From a virus: a DNA stretch of 64,000 bases. Positions 37,161-46,367 of the stretch are shown here, piece after piece. Both the position numbers and the translations under genes were made by a program. Below the pieces are notes generated by a model. That model had not been told where the DNA came from and did no database searches. It saw nothing but the letters and a program-made list of their open reading frames with translations. Position 1 is the stretch's first letter, and each line of letters opens with the position of its first letter. Location of the stretch: positions 1 through 64,000 of the IMG/VR virus record IMGVR_UViG_3300045007_000250, one strand, 5' to 3'.

Positions 37161-38141
37161 ATGCCGAAGAAAAAGGTTGTCAATGTTTCTGAGCCAAGGA
37201 CGGAAGCCCCGGCTGTTCCGGTCGAAAAGAAGAGTCGCTTGTCTCGCCTTCCATTTCGGGGACGCATCGCCGCCCGTCCTGTTCCCGAAGAGCTTGGCGA
37301 ACCTGGGACAGCGCATAAGGATACTGCGTGGCTTGACGAGGGTTTCCTTCCCCCCGATTCTCTGGCGAGTACGCCGGAATCCATGAAGCTGCCCGGCACC
37401 TTGGCCGACATTTCCTTGGTGAAGCTCAGGCCGAACACATGGAATCCGAACAGGATGACCAACAAGACGTTTGATTTGTTGGTGCGCCGGATGCGTGAGG
37501 CGGGGTGCTTGCAGCCGATTCGTGTGTGGCTTGACCCCGCGGATGGCATGTACGAGATTGTGGACGGGTTTCACCGATTCAAAGCCGCTGGCATCTTGGG
37601 GTGGGAGACCATTCCCGCGCTGGTGTTTCCTGAAAAGTGGGACGATCCCGATTTGCGGGTGTTCACCGGCATGACGCTCAATAACGTCCACGGACAGAAC
37701 GATCCTGTGGAGTTTTTGAAGCTCTACAACCAGTTGCTTCCGAAGTACCCGGACAAAGAGTTGCAAGACCTCATGGGCTTTGCGGAGCGAACCAAGTGGA
37801 AGATTCTTACCAAGGGCATCATGGAGGGACTGCCAAAGGGGATGAGGAAGGCGTTTGGTGAGCGGGTGAAGGACGCCACTGCGGATGAGTTGGGCGGCAT
37901 CCTGCAAGAGTTGATGGCGCACTACGGCAATGATCTGCGTTTCAATTTCATGGTCTTCACGCTGGACGGCGTGGAGAATGTGTGGATTCGGTGTCTTCCC
38001 GAAACAATGCAAGGGATTGCACAACTCGCGGAGAAATGCCGGGAGAGCGGTGTGGACATAAACTATCCTCTCATGGATGGACTCACTCATGCGCTCAACA
38101 GCTTTACCGCGGAGCCGGATAAGGAAACTGCCAGAGCATGA
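37161..38141 (+). CDS. ParB/Sulfiredoxin N-terminal domain protein
   Basis: LRPNTWNPNRM, QPIRV, EIVDGFHRFKA, NNVHG. Confidence 0.85.
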   Translation: MPKKKVVNVSEPRTEAPAVPVEKKSRLSRLPFRGRIAARPVPEELGEPGTAHKDTAWLDEGFLPPDSLASTPESMKLPGTLADISLVKLRPNTWNPNRMTNKTFDLLVRRMREAGCLQPIRVWLDPADGMYEIVDGFHRFKAAGILGWETIPALVFPEKWDDPDLRVFTGMTLNNVHGQNDPVEFLKLYNQLLPKYPDKELQDLMGFAERTKWKILTKGIMEGLPKGMRKAFGERVKDATADELGGILQELMAHYGNDLRFNFMVFTLDGVENVWIRCLPETMQGIAQLAEKCRESGVDINYPLMDGLTHALNSFTAEPDKETARA

Positions 38142-38917
38142 GTACGCGACCGCAAGTGCGAAGATCGAAGCAGTCAAAAAAGCCGGTGCCGAAGCAGGCG
38201 GTGACGCGGCTTCAAGACCTGCCCATTTACAATGTGCTCCTTGAAAAATTGCTCTCCGGTGTTTCTTGCAATCAGTTGGCGGGGTGGATCAAGGGGCAGG
38301 GGTTTTTTCCCGACGTGAATACCGAAGCTCTGCGAAAGGCGCTTGACCGTCTTCGTCGTGCCGAGCAGAGGGCGCATCCCCCGTTGGCTCCGACGTTGAG
38401 TAATCCCGTTCCGCAGCCTGTCACCGATGACGGAGCCGTGGAGATCAAGGAGACCAAACTTCTTCCACCGGAGATTGCGGCTTTGGAAGAGTTGGCGATG
38501 TTGCAACAGGACCGTATCAACCTGCTCCACGATAATGAAAGGAAGATCAAACACCTTTTCCCGCAAGGAAGGGGGGAAGTTGCTGAACTGCGTGCGATAC
38601 TACACACCCTTCTGGACAAGAAGCGAGAGCTTGGCACGCCGGGGTACGGTGGTCCGCAGCAACCCGCGCCGGAGCGTGGTGGTGATGTGAACCTGACCCT
38701 CCATGTTGGGCAACTCACCCAACAGACCATGACTGTGTTGGGAGACCCCGGATCGCGGCGGCGGGTGCTGGATGCGTTGCGGGCGTTGGGCACTAAGGGG
38801 GACTTGGACAGGCTGCTTTTGAAGAAGCGTCTTGGAGACAATGTTTTGTCCGAAGCCGGGCTGCTTGAGGACGGCGAAAAGAAAGAACCTGTAACGGTAG
38901 TGGTGGCTGGTCCATGA
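38138..38917 (+). CDS. Putative terminase small subunit
   Basis: N-terminal HTH-like region and helical body; directly overlaps terL. Confidence 0.6.
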   Translation: MSTRPQVRRSKQSKKPVPKQAVTRLQDLPIYNVLLEKLLSGVSCNQLAGWIKGQGFFPDVNTEALRKALDRLRRAEQRAHPPLAPTLSNPVPQPVTDDGAVEIKETKLLPPEIAALEELAMLQQDRINLLHDNERKIKHLFPQGRGEVAELRAILHTLLDKKRELGTPGYGGPQQPAPERGGDVNLTLHVGQLTQQTMTVLGDPGSRRRVLDALRALGTKGDLDRLLLKKRLGDNVLSEAGLLEDGEKKEPVTVVVAGP

Positions 38918-40752
38918 GCCCCCCTGAGACTCCTCTTCCGCCGCAACTCCTACCCGAAGAGGCGGAGATGCTTTCTCGCCTTTCGCCGGAAGAGCGGGAA
39001 GTTCTGCAAATGATCCTCTTGGGCAATGAGGATTTGCTGACCGCTATCTACGATCAGGAGTATGAAGAATCCCCGGTGGATGCTAAGACCTTTTTCACCG
39101 ATCCTTATTACTTGGGTGTAACCGGTGGAGACCTCTATCCGCAGGTGTTGGACGACCTTTGTGAGATTTTCAACCCGGAGAGGAATTATCTTGAAGTAAT
39201 CCTTGGCGGAGCAATCGGATGGGGAAAGAGCACTGAAGTTGAATTTGGTTTGCTTCGGTGCCTTTATGAGATTGCTTGCTTGCGTAATCCCCAGCGGTCC
39301 TTTGGTCTCATGGAAGGCTCGTCTATCGTCATCATCAACCTTTCGGTCACGGAGCAACAGGCGCGGAAGGCCATTTTTTCCGGTCTTCTGGCGAAGGTGC
39401 GGCAGTCTCCGTTTTTCAAGAACAACTTTGCCTATGATCCTACCGTAGTCTCGGAGCTTCGTTTCCCCAAAGGCATCACGGTGTTCCCCGGAGCTTCCAC
39501 GGACAATTCCATTCTCGGTTTGAACGTCGTGGCCGGAGCGGTGGATGAAACCAACTTCATGCCCATCATGGAAGTACGGAAGACTGCTGGGGGAAGGTCC
39601 GCGGGCGTGTATGATAAGGCGGCGTCCTTGTATAACGCCATGATTCGTCGCATGAAGAGCCGCTTCCTTCGACATGGACGTTTGCCCGGCAAGATGTTTT
39701 CTCTTTCCAGTGCGCAGTACCCCAACGATTTTATTGAGCGGAAGGTGCGGCAGGCGCTTTCCGACACGACCATTTTTGCCCGCCGATATGCCCTTTGGGA
39801 CGTGAAGCGTGAACAGTTCTCTACGCAGACTTTTCCGGTGGAAGTCGGCACGGACCTTTCCGGTTCCCGTGTGCTTTACCCCGGAGATCAGCCGACCGGG
39901 AAAGTGATTGACGTTCCGGTGGACTTCCGACCTGATTTTGAAAAGGACTGTGACGGCTCTCTTCGTGACATTGCCGGGGTCAGCACGCTTACCGTGGATC
40001 AGTTCATCAAGGACTTCGGGAAGGTGGTGGAATGCGTCAATGAGAAGCGCCGCCACGCCTTCACTAAGGAGTTCACCACCCTTGAGGATGGGGCTAAACT
40101 TCGGCTTTCTACTCTGCTCAAGGAGAATCCTCAGAATCCGCGGTGGAAGCCGGTGCTCATTCACAATCCTGAATCCTTGCGAGTGGTTCACATTGACCCC
40201 TCGCTAACCCGCGACGCCACCGGCATTGCCGTGGGGCACATTTCCGATATGGTGCGGGTGGTGCGGCGGCAGGATGATGGGACGGAGAAGGTGGAGTGGG
40301 CACCCTTCATCGTCTATGACTTGCTGTTGCGTATTGTTCCACCGCGGCACCGGGAGATTCAGTACGACCGAATCCGCGACATTATTTATCGGCTGCAAGA
40401 GGTTGGGATGCGGATTGGGTTTGTGTCTATGGATAGCTTTCAAACGGCGGAGATGAGGCAACAGCTTACGCGGCGGCGCATTCCCAACGATGTGCTTTCG
40501 ATTGACCGCACCACCGAACCATACGAAATTCTCAAGGCGGCTTTGTATGAGAAGCGGGTGGACCTGTACCCCTACCCCGTTGCGATGAAGGAGCTTCGCC
40601 AGTTGGAGCATGACCGACTCAAGGGAAAGATTGACCACCCGGAGCATGGGTCCAAAGACGTGTCCGACGCGATGGCGGGCGTGGCTTATATTCTCACTTT
40701 GCACGCGGCTCGTTTCTATAAGCCCAAGGTGAGCGTAAGCACATTCGGTTGA
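38914..40752 (+). CDS. terL: Terminase large subunit
   Basis: GGAIGWGKST Walker A, AVDE Walker B, VHIDPS and DHP..GSKDVSDA nuclease motifs. Confidence 0.92.
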   Translation: MSPPETPLPPQLLPEEAEMLSRLSPEEREVLQMILLGNEDLLTAIYDQEYEESPVDAKTFFTDPYYLGVTGGDLYPQVLDDLCEIFNPERNYLEVILGGAIGWGKSTEVEFGLLRCLYEIACLRNPQRSFGLMEGSSIVIINLSVTEQQARKAIFSGLLAKVRQSPFFKNNFAYDPTVVSELRFPKGITVFPGASTDNSILGLNVVAGAVDETNFMPIMEVRKTAGGRSAGVYDKAASLYNAMIRRMKSRFLRHGRLPGKMFSLSSAQYPNDFIERKVRQALSDTTIFARRYALWDVKREQFSTQTFPVEVGTDLSGSRVLYPGDQPTGKVIDVPVDFRPDFEKDCDGSLRDIAGVSTLTVDQFIKDFGKVVECVNEKRRHAFTKEFTTLEDGAKLRLSTLLKENPQNPRWKPVLIHNPESLRVVHIDPSLTRDATGIAVGHISDMVRVVRRQDDGTEKVEWAPFIVYDLLLRIVPPRHREIQYDRIRDIIYRLQEVGMRIGFVSMDSFQTAEMRQQLTRRRIPNDVLSIDRTTEPYEILKAALYEKRVDLYPYPVAMKELRQLEHDRLKGKIDHPEHGSKDVSDAMAGVAYILTLHAARFYKPKVSVSTFG

Positions 40753-40813
40753 TTGTCTTTCCGACACGCCCTACTACCTGTGCCCGTCTTTCTTTCAGTG
40801 GCGCTTTTTTGTG

Positions 40814-40842
40814 TTGACACGGCGGAAAAGGCGTGTTACGTT
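40814..40842 (+). promoter_or_regulatory. sigma70 promoter
   Basis: TTGACA-17-TACGTT with GGCGTGT. Confidence 0.8.
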
Positions 40843-40892
40843 GATGGTGCCCGTTGGGAAAGCACCGTTCACAAAGAACGGGGTGGAGAAAG

Positions 40893-41303
40893 ATGAGCGA
40901 CGTGAAGGAGAAGAAGCAGCAGCGATTGGCGGAGCGTTGGCGCACTCGGATTCTCGTGGAGCTTGGCACGATGACGGATGCGGCCTTGGCAAAGAAGTAT
41001 TCCAAGAAGGTCGGATTCGTCATTGGGCGGCACACCATCTTCTATTTGCGCAAGGCCAATGGCATTCCGGCTTTTGAACAGCGGGCGTATTCGCCTCCGT
41101 CTTTCCGCGGTCGTTTGGAAGATGCGCACCCGGAGATCAAGGAGTTACTCGGTAAGGTGCCCGTGGTCGCGCTGGCGATGAGGTACGATGTGTCCCGGTC
41201 TTGCGTTCGGGCAGCGGCACAACGCCTTGGGCTTCCGACCCGTGCGCAGAATTTCGACGATGTGATTGCCGCGGCAGAGGCTAAGGTACAAGCGACGGCG
41301 TAG
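40893..41303 (+). CDS. Tandem HTH-like protein
   Basis: Two LG..D..LA..Y...R..GIP-type repeats. Confidence 0.65.
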   Translation: MSDVKEKKQQRLAERWRTRILVELGTMTDAALAKKYSKKVGFVIGRHTIFYLRKANGIPAFEQRAYSPPSFRGRLEDAHPEIKELLGKVPVVALAMRYDVSRSCVRAAAQRLGLPTRAQNFDDVIAAAEAKVQATA

Positions 41304-41323
41304 GCTCAAGTCAAGAAGCAAGA

Positions 41324-41659
41324 TCAGGCGGCTTTGTTCTCAACTCGCCGGTCAATCACGTCCGTTAGCATGTCGCAGTACACGGTATCCACCGTTTCCA
41401 CCGTCGTCCACTTACCCCGGCGGATGCAGCCAAACTCCACGGTATAATCGTCGGAGCAGGTGAGCCATACGATGACCCATCCGGTGAAGTGGCGACCGGA
41501 GACGTAGAATTTCAAACCGCCTTCCATGAAGCTGCCAAAGCGGTGCGTCTTTGGCATGGCGATCAGCTTGCGCATTCCCCAAGAGCCGGGCACGAATGGG
41601 CCGTGCGCAGCAAAGATTTGGGCGCGGATGATGCTGGCGATTTCCATGTGGCGTTGCAT
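41324..41659 (-). CDS. Phage early hypothetical protein
   Basis: GAAAGGA RBS; downstream of leftward promoter. Confidence 0.7.
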   Translation of the reverse strand: MQRHMEIASIIRAQIFAAHGPFVPGSWGMRKLIAMPKTHRFGSFMEGGLKFYVSGRHFTGWVIVWLTCSDDYTVEFGCIRRGKWTTVETVDTVYCDMLTDVIDRRVENKAA

Positions 41660-41661
41660 TG

Positions 41662-41820
41662 TCAGTTCCTTTCCGTATCAAAGAGCGACTCGATTTCCCG
41701 AAGTTCGTTTTCCATGTCGGCAATCTCTTCCGGGGTGGCGGTAGCGCGTGCGGCTTCAAGTTCTGCCCGCAAGCCTTCGAGCATCTTCCCCGCCGCTTCA
41801 ATCATTTCTCGGTGTGTCAT
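41662..41820 (-). CDS. 52-aa coiled-coil protein
   Basis: MTHREMIEAAGKMLE...; GAAAGGA RBS; too short for the ORF track. Confidence 0.6.
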   Translation of the reverse strand: MTHREMIEAAGKMLEGLRAELEAARATATPEEIADMENELREIESLFDTERN

Positions 41821-41850
41821 GGTCCGTGTCCTTTCTCAGTGTCTAGGGGT

Positions 41851-42106
41851 ATTCTGACACGCCTTTTTCGGCTTGTCAAGGAAAAAGTGCAAGCGATTGC
41901 ATTTTTTCCTGGCCTCAAAATGCGGGGCACCCGGCTTTGCGACCGGGTGCCTTTTGGTGGGCTTTGTTGGAGGGGCCAAGTGGCAGTGTGGATGCTTTAT
42001 AACACGACTTTTTTGGCTTGTCAAGAGAAAAGTGGGGTGAGAAACCTTTTTTGGCCCTTCCCGCGACTTCTTTTTTCTTGACACGTCGGGAATGGCGTGT
42101 TAGGTT
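41851..42106. promoter_or_regulatory. Divergent promoter cluster with palindromic site
   Basis: Minus-strand -35 at 41874-41879 and 42019-42024; plus-strand -35 at 42078; TGCAAGCGATTGCA at 41888-41901; hairpin 41926-41951. Confidence 0.8.
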
Positions 42107-42134
42107 TGGAGCAGGGACACGAAGGGGGACTTGA

Positions 42135-42266
42135 ATGCAATGCTCAATCTGCGGTGGTGAGTTGGTGGAGATGGGGGTGCTTGGCCGTTTGGTTCACCTT
42201 TGCTGCCGGAATTGCGGCCTGTGGTTCACTAAACGGAAGCGTCTCAAGCGCAAGGCGTCAAAGTAA
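42135..42266 (+). CDS. 43-aa zinc-ribbon protein
   Basis: MQCSICGG...CRNCG; AAGGGGG RBS. Confidence 0.6.
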   Translation: MQCSICGGELVEMGVLGRLVHLCCRNCGLWFTKRKRLKRKASK

Positions 42267-42475
42267 TGTCTTTGACAAAAGAGGAAGAGGCGTTGGCGGA
42301 GCTTGCCTTTGGGCGCATTCTTCGCATGGCTTTCCGCCCCGCGCAAGCGGGGGACGTGGAGGAATACTACCGGTGCCGGGGGATCATGCTCGATCTTCTT
42401 GAGCCGGTATTTTCTTTTCAGGATACGCGCCCCAACTACGCCCGTGACCGTCTAAAAGGTGCGGCGGGGGGCTGA
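42266..42475 (+). CDS. Hypothetical protein
   Basis: TAATG coupling with the upstream ORF. Confidence 0.6.
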   Translation: MSLTKEEEALAELAFGRILRMAFRPAQAGDVEEYYRCRGIMLDLLEPVFSFQDTRPNYARDRLKGAAGG

Positions 42476-42476
42476 C

Positions 42477-42833
42477 ATGGTAAACGACAAGGATTTTGTT
42501 CTCATTGCCGGTGATCCTTCCAAGTGGGACGCTGAAATACGCTCCCTTGCCGGGAATGTGTCTTTGTCCGCGTTGCAGAGTGCGCAGTTCATGGACGGGA
42601 GGCGCGGTGCGATTCTTCAACCGGTGCATGGTGGCAGAGAGTGGGTAGTCACGCATGACAGTTCCCTTTCTGGTTTTGTGGCGATCAACGGCATGAAACC
42701 GGTGGTGGACAAGCTGGTGGCGATCCGTGTGGGAATCGCGTGGGCGGAGAGGGCTCCGTTGAAGCGGGAGTTCTATGCTCGCCGGGTAGATGTGACACCG
42801 GAAGAGGTTGAAGCGGCGAGGAGGGCTGGATGA
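42477..42833 (+). CDS. Hypothetical protein
   Basis: Operon packing. Confidence 0.55.
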   Translation: MVNDKDFVLIAGDPSKWDAEIRSLAGNVSLSALQSAQFMDGRRGAILQPVHGGREWVVTHDSSLSGFVAINGMKPVVDKLVAIRVGIAWAERAPLKREFYARRVDVTPEEVEAARRAG

Positions 42834-42926
42834 TGGTGTGGAGACCTGAGACAGAACGCGGTGCTTGGGTCGTGCGGTGCTCTCAAAGACCGGGAAGAAA
42901 AATAATCTTTCAGTTGACAACGCTTT

Positions 42927-43211
42927 TTGGGTGTGTCAGAGTATCCGGTAATGAGTGAGGTTGCGCCAGCTATCTTGAGGGAACCGGAGAAGTTGGTGGG
43001 CGTACCGAGTGAGAAAAAGCCTTTCTATGTTCGCTGTCCGCAGTGTCAGGTGCCTATCAGAATCTTAGATCGAGAGCGGAACGCAAAGCGCACGCTTTGT
43101 ACGTCCTGCTTCTCGGTTTTTGATCCTGAGACACAGCGGGTGTTGGTGAAACGCAATCTTCGCAACACCGATCCAATTGATCTTGACGACTTGGATGAGG
43201 TCAAACTATGA
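42927..43211 (+). CDS. Zinc-ribbon protein (start probably near 42951)
   Basis: CPQC...CTSC; promoter at 42914. Confidence 0.55.
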   Translation: MGVSEYPVMSEVAPAILREPEKLVGVPSEKKPFYVRCPQCQVPIRILDRERNAKRTLCTSCFSVFDPETQRVLVKRNLRNTDPIDLDDLDEVKL

Positions 43212-43681
43212 AACGATTTGTACTGGCGCTTTTTCTCTTCACCTTGGCTGTGTTCGTTCCCTTGGCGATCTCTGCCGCGCCCTCTCCGTTGCCGGTCATT
43301 GAGGGGGGCCGGGCGACGTACTATGCGGAGCCTTTTCATGGAAGACGGACAGCTTCGGGTGAAATCTACGACATGAACGCCATCACCGCGGCTCATCCGC
43401 GGTGGCCGTTTCACTCTTTGGTGCGTGTGACAAACAAAGATAATGGCAAGTCGGTGGATGTGCGTATCAATGATCGTGGTCCCTTCACCTGTGGCCGACG
43501 TGGGGGTGCGCGGTGCGTGCAGTGGGTCAGGCGTGATGATCGCCACATTGATCTCTCTCGTGCCGCCTTCTTCGCGATCTGTCAAAACTGCGGCAACCCC
43601 ATGACCGTGCGCCTTGAAGTGCTCCGGTGGGGTGCCGTTCCGCGAGGAAGTCGTGCCTGTGTTGTGGAAGCGGCTCCATGA
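43208..43681 (+). CDS. rlpA: RlpA-family (DPBB) lytic transglycosylase
   Basis: Signal peptide; [35 protein letters not shown]. Confidence 0.9.
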   Translation: MKRFVLALFLFTLAVFVPLAISAAPSPLPVIEGGRATYYAEPFHGRRTASGEIYDMNAITAAHPRWPFHSLVRVTNKDNGKSVDVRINDRGPFTCGRRGGARCVQWVRRDDRHIDLSRAAFFAICQNCGNPMTVRLEVLRWGAVPRGSRACVVEAAP

Positions 43682-44080
43682 GTGGGCGGTGTGGCGGTGC
43701 ATCCGGCGCTCCCAAAAAGAACGATCCCGCTTGAAGCCGTTGGCGGGAGTGTTGAGAAGGAAGTTCTACCTCTTGACCGTGCGGAGAGTAGCGTAGCGGG
43801 TGTGCAATTCGTCAAATCTATTCAGGTGATTGGCTTTGAAGGGCGGAGACCAAGAGAGAAGATGCGGCTCTCCCTTACCTGCCAGCACATACCGGATGTA
43901 TTTACGGTGTTGGTACCCTTGGTTCCGCTGGTGCAGGCGTTGGACTTGTTCTCTGGTGACTTTGAAGATTTGGATTTTGATTTTCACCTGAAAAAGAAGA
44001 AGCTCCACCTGCTTTGCCCCTTTCTACTTTTGGTGGACGTGTTGGAGCGGGATGGAGCCTTGCTGCGTTACGAGAGGTCT

Positions 44081-44479
44081 TTAGTGAAGGATGGTCCAAC
44101 CCCTCCAAGAGCAGAGTAGAACGTGTCCGAGCGGATTTACCAGCACGTCACCGAGCATCATGGACGTGTGGTGGATTCCTTTTTCTTCTAGGAAAGCGTT
44201 GGCTTCGCCATCGGGGGACCAATTCTCTCCCTGCATAGCGAGAAACACCCCGTCGATTCCGTTTCCATCGGGGAAGCCAACGGTGCCTAAGAGGGTGTGT
44301 GTTTTCTCCAAGCGTTTCGGGTCGATAGGAACGGGATCAGGAAGCCAGTCCTTTCCGTCATCCGCAATCTTGCGCAGGGACTTTTCTTGCGCCAGATTTG
44401 GAATGAAACCCCTTTTCAAGTACCATACTTGGACTTTTCCGGGTATGAGGCCGAAATCTTGCAAGGTTGTTCTTTTCAT
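44081..44479 (-). CDS. YodL-like hypothetical protein
   Basis: HTSMMLGDV motif. Confidence 0.55.
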   Translation of the reverse strand: MKRTTLQDFGLIPGKVQVWYLKRGFIPNLAQEKSLRKIADDGKDWLPDPVPIDPKRLEKTHTLLGTVGFPDGNGIDGVFLAMQGENWSPDGEANAFLEEKGIHHTSMMLGDVLVNPLGHVLLCSWRGWTILH

Positions 44480-44892
44480 AGTGCCACCATTGAGCGGGAT
44501 TCCGCCGGAAGTTCGTGGTCAAGCAGGGGGCGTCCGTTTTCCGCGTGGAAACGGCGTCCGTCCATGTAACGCGGGAACGTGCGCACGATGCTCTTTTCGT
44601 TGATTCTCAGGACACGCATGATCGGATCGTGCCCATACTTGGCTTTGAAGGCGTCCGCGAAGCACGCCGCGTCGCTATCTTCTTCCAGATAGACGAAGTA
44701 CCCGGTGTGGGGCGTCTGGAAAGAGTAGGACGTGATCTCGGTGGCGATTCCGAGTTGTTCTAAGAAGCGCCGGGCCACCTTGAGGTAGCCATGTCCCGGA
44801 TCGGAGATGAAATTGAAGGGGCGGTTCGGATTCAGTTCCGCGGTGCTTTCCGTCCGGGGATGCCAGCAGGTTTTGTGGGTTCTGGTACGCAT
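44476..44892 (-). CDS. Conserved-looking phage early protein
   Basis: SDPGHGYLKV...YLEEDSD; follows leftward promoter. Confidence 0.7.
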   Translation of the reverse strand: MRTRTHKTCWHPRTESTAELNPNRPFNFISDPGHGYLKVARRFLEQLGIATEITSYSFQTPHTGYFVYLEEDSDAACFADAFKAKYGHDPIMRVLRINEKSIVRTFPRYMDGRRFHAENGRPLLDHELPAESRSMVAL

Positions 44893-44929
44893 CGCCTTGC
44901 CCTTTCGTGGTCCGTGTCATCATGGGCAC

Positions 44930-44958
44930 ACTCTAACACGGCTTTTCCGGCTTGTCAA
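44930..44958 (-). promoter_or_regulatory. sigma70 promoter
   Basis: TTGACA-17-TAGAGT on the minus strand. Confidence 0.8.
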
Positions 44959-45260
44959 GGAAAAAAGGCGTACAAGCGTGGAAAGTGGGGTGTCCCGGTG
45001 ATTCGGTGGACGAAAGTTCAAGACCCCGGTGCTTGAGTGTGACCCCGCCTTTTTGCCGAGCGCGCCCAATTGCGGAGAGCCGGTCTTGAGTTCCTTGAGC
45101 GGGTGAAGAGTGCTCCGAGACCCGGCACCTAAGAAACCGGTGGGGTTGTCTTTGCGTTTGGTGCCGGTACATGGCCCCCGTCCCTTTTGATTTTCTCGCT
45201 TGCCTTTTTTACAGATTGCCGGTATCCTTGTCGTAGCGATTTCTCGAAAGGAGAGGGCCG

Positions 45261-45467
45261 ATGGCAGTTCTCAAAGTGTTCCACACGGACAAGATTGACG
45301 GAACTTCCATTCAGGAGACGGCGCTTGCGGCGGACGATTTCGTGAAGTATTTGGCCGCGCAGCAGGCGGTGGACCCGGCGCAGATGGACACGGCGATGAG
45401 TGACAACGGTTTCACCATCACGATCATGTCCGGTCTGAGCGACAGTGACTTTGGTGGGCCGCAGTAA
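45261..45467 (+). CDS. Small acidic protein, paralog 1
   Basis: FHTDKID...DNGF shared with the next gene; AAGGAG RBS. Confidence 0.75.
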   Translation: MAVLKVFHTDKIDGTSIQETALAADDFVKYLAAQQAVDPAQMDTAMSDNGFTITIMSGLSDSDFGGPQ

Positions 45468-45482
45468 GGACGGGGGTGAAGC

Positions 45483-45683
45483 ATGGCCGGAATCAAAGCC
45501 TTTCACACGGACAAGATTGACGATGCTTCAATCAAGGCGGTTGAGGCGGATGCCAGTCTCTACGTGGACTCCCTGCGTCCTGACACGGTGGTACAGGTGC
45601 GCACGACCAAGTGTGACAACGGTTTCGTGATCGTTGTCATGGACGGTTTGAGTCGGTTCGGGGTGATTCTGCCGCCCAACTAA
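45483..45683 (+). CDS. Small protein, paralog 2
   Basis: FHTDKID...DNGF...GLS. Confidence 0.75.
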   Translation: MAGIKAFHTDKIDDASIKAVEADASLYVDSLRPDTVVQVRTTKCDNGFVIVVMDGLSRFGVILPPN

Positions 45684-46014
45684 GCGGTGGGTGACGCATG
45701 AAGGACAAACGCGGAGGCGTGAGCTTTCAGGATCGCGGTACGCCCGGCTCTCCGGTGAGGGTGGCGGGCCGTCCGGCGAAGACGACGGATTTGACTCCGG
45801 GGAACAAAACCAAGGGTCTGAGGGTCCGTCTGATTGAGGACAAACCGCTGAAATTCGATCCTCAAGGCGTGCGCTGAGACAGTAGCTTTTCTTGGGATGT
45901 GCGCTAGGACTGCCCGGTGGTCTTGGCGCATTTCTTTTCTCTTGCCATTCCCTGTGCCTTCCTTTAGAATACTTGGCGGAGTGGGCGAAGCCCCAAACAC
46001 AAAGGAGTGTGCAA

Positions 46015-46356
46015 ATGGCCTTGGTGCAGTATTTCACGGTGAACCGCCAAGATCAGCGGGCGCTTGAAGACCTACAAGATCAGGTCAACACGTTTCTCGC
46101 AACTCTGGCGGGTGGTACTCCCGTTGAGACATCCCTGAAATTCAGTCGCTACGAAATCGTGGCTGAGATCATTTACGGGGATGGCGTCGGCGGGCAGGTG
46201 ATCGGGGACGATGGGTTTGGCAACGTCATTCTGTGGTTCTCGTCGGACCACAAGAACTGGCTGCGTTTCAACGTGGCGGAAAACCGCTTCGAGTTCGCTT
46301 TGAACGACGTGGTGGTGGGGATCGTTGACGAAAACGGCCCCGGCCAACCGTCGTAA
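46015..46356 (+). CDS. Hypothetical protein, possibly a virion protein
   Basis: AAGGAG RBS; TTGCCA-17-TAGAAT upstream. Confidence 0.65.
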   Translation: MALVQYFTVNRQDQRALEDLQDQVNTFLATLAGGTPVETSLKFSRYEIVAEIIYGDGVGGQVIGDDGFGNVILWFSSDHKNWLRFNVAENRFEFALNDVVVGIVDENGPGQPS

Positions 46357-46367
46357 GGGGGACGACA

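Noticed and set aside
37161-38141. ParABS plasmid-prophage partition system
   Set aside because: No ParA in the window and no clear ParB HTH; context is the terminase cluster. A link to the palindrome is unproven
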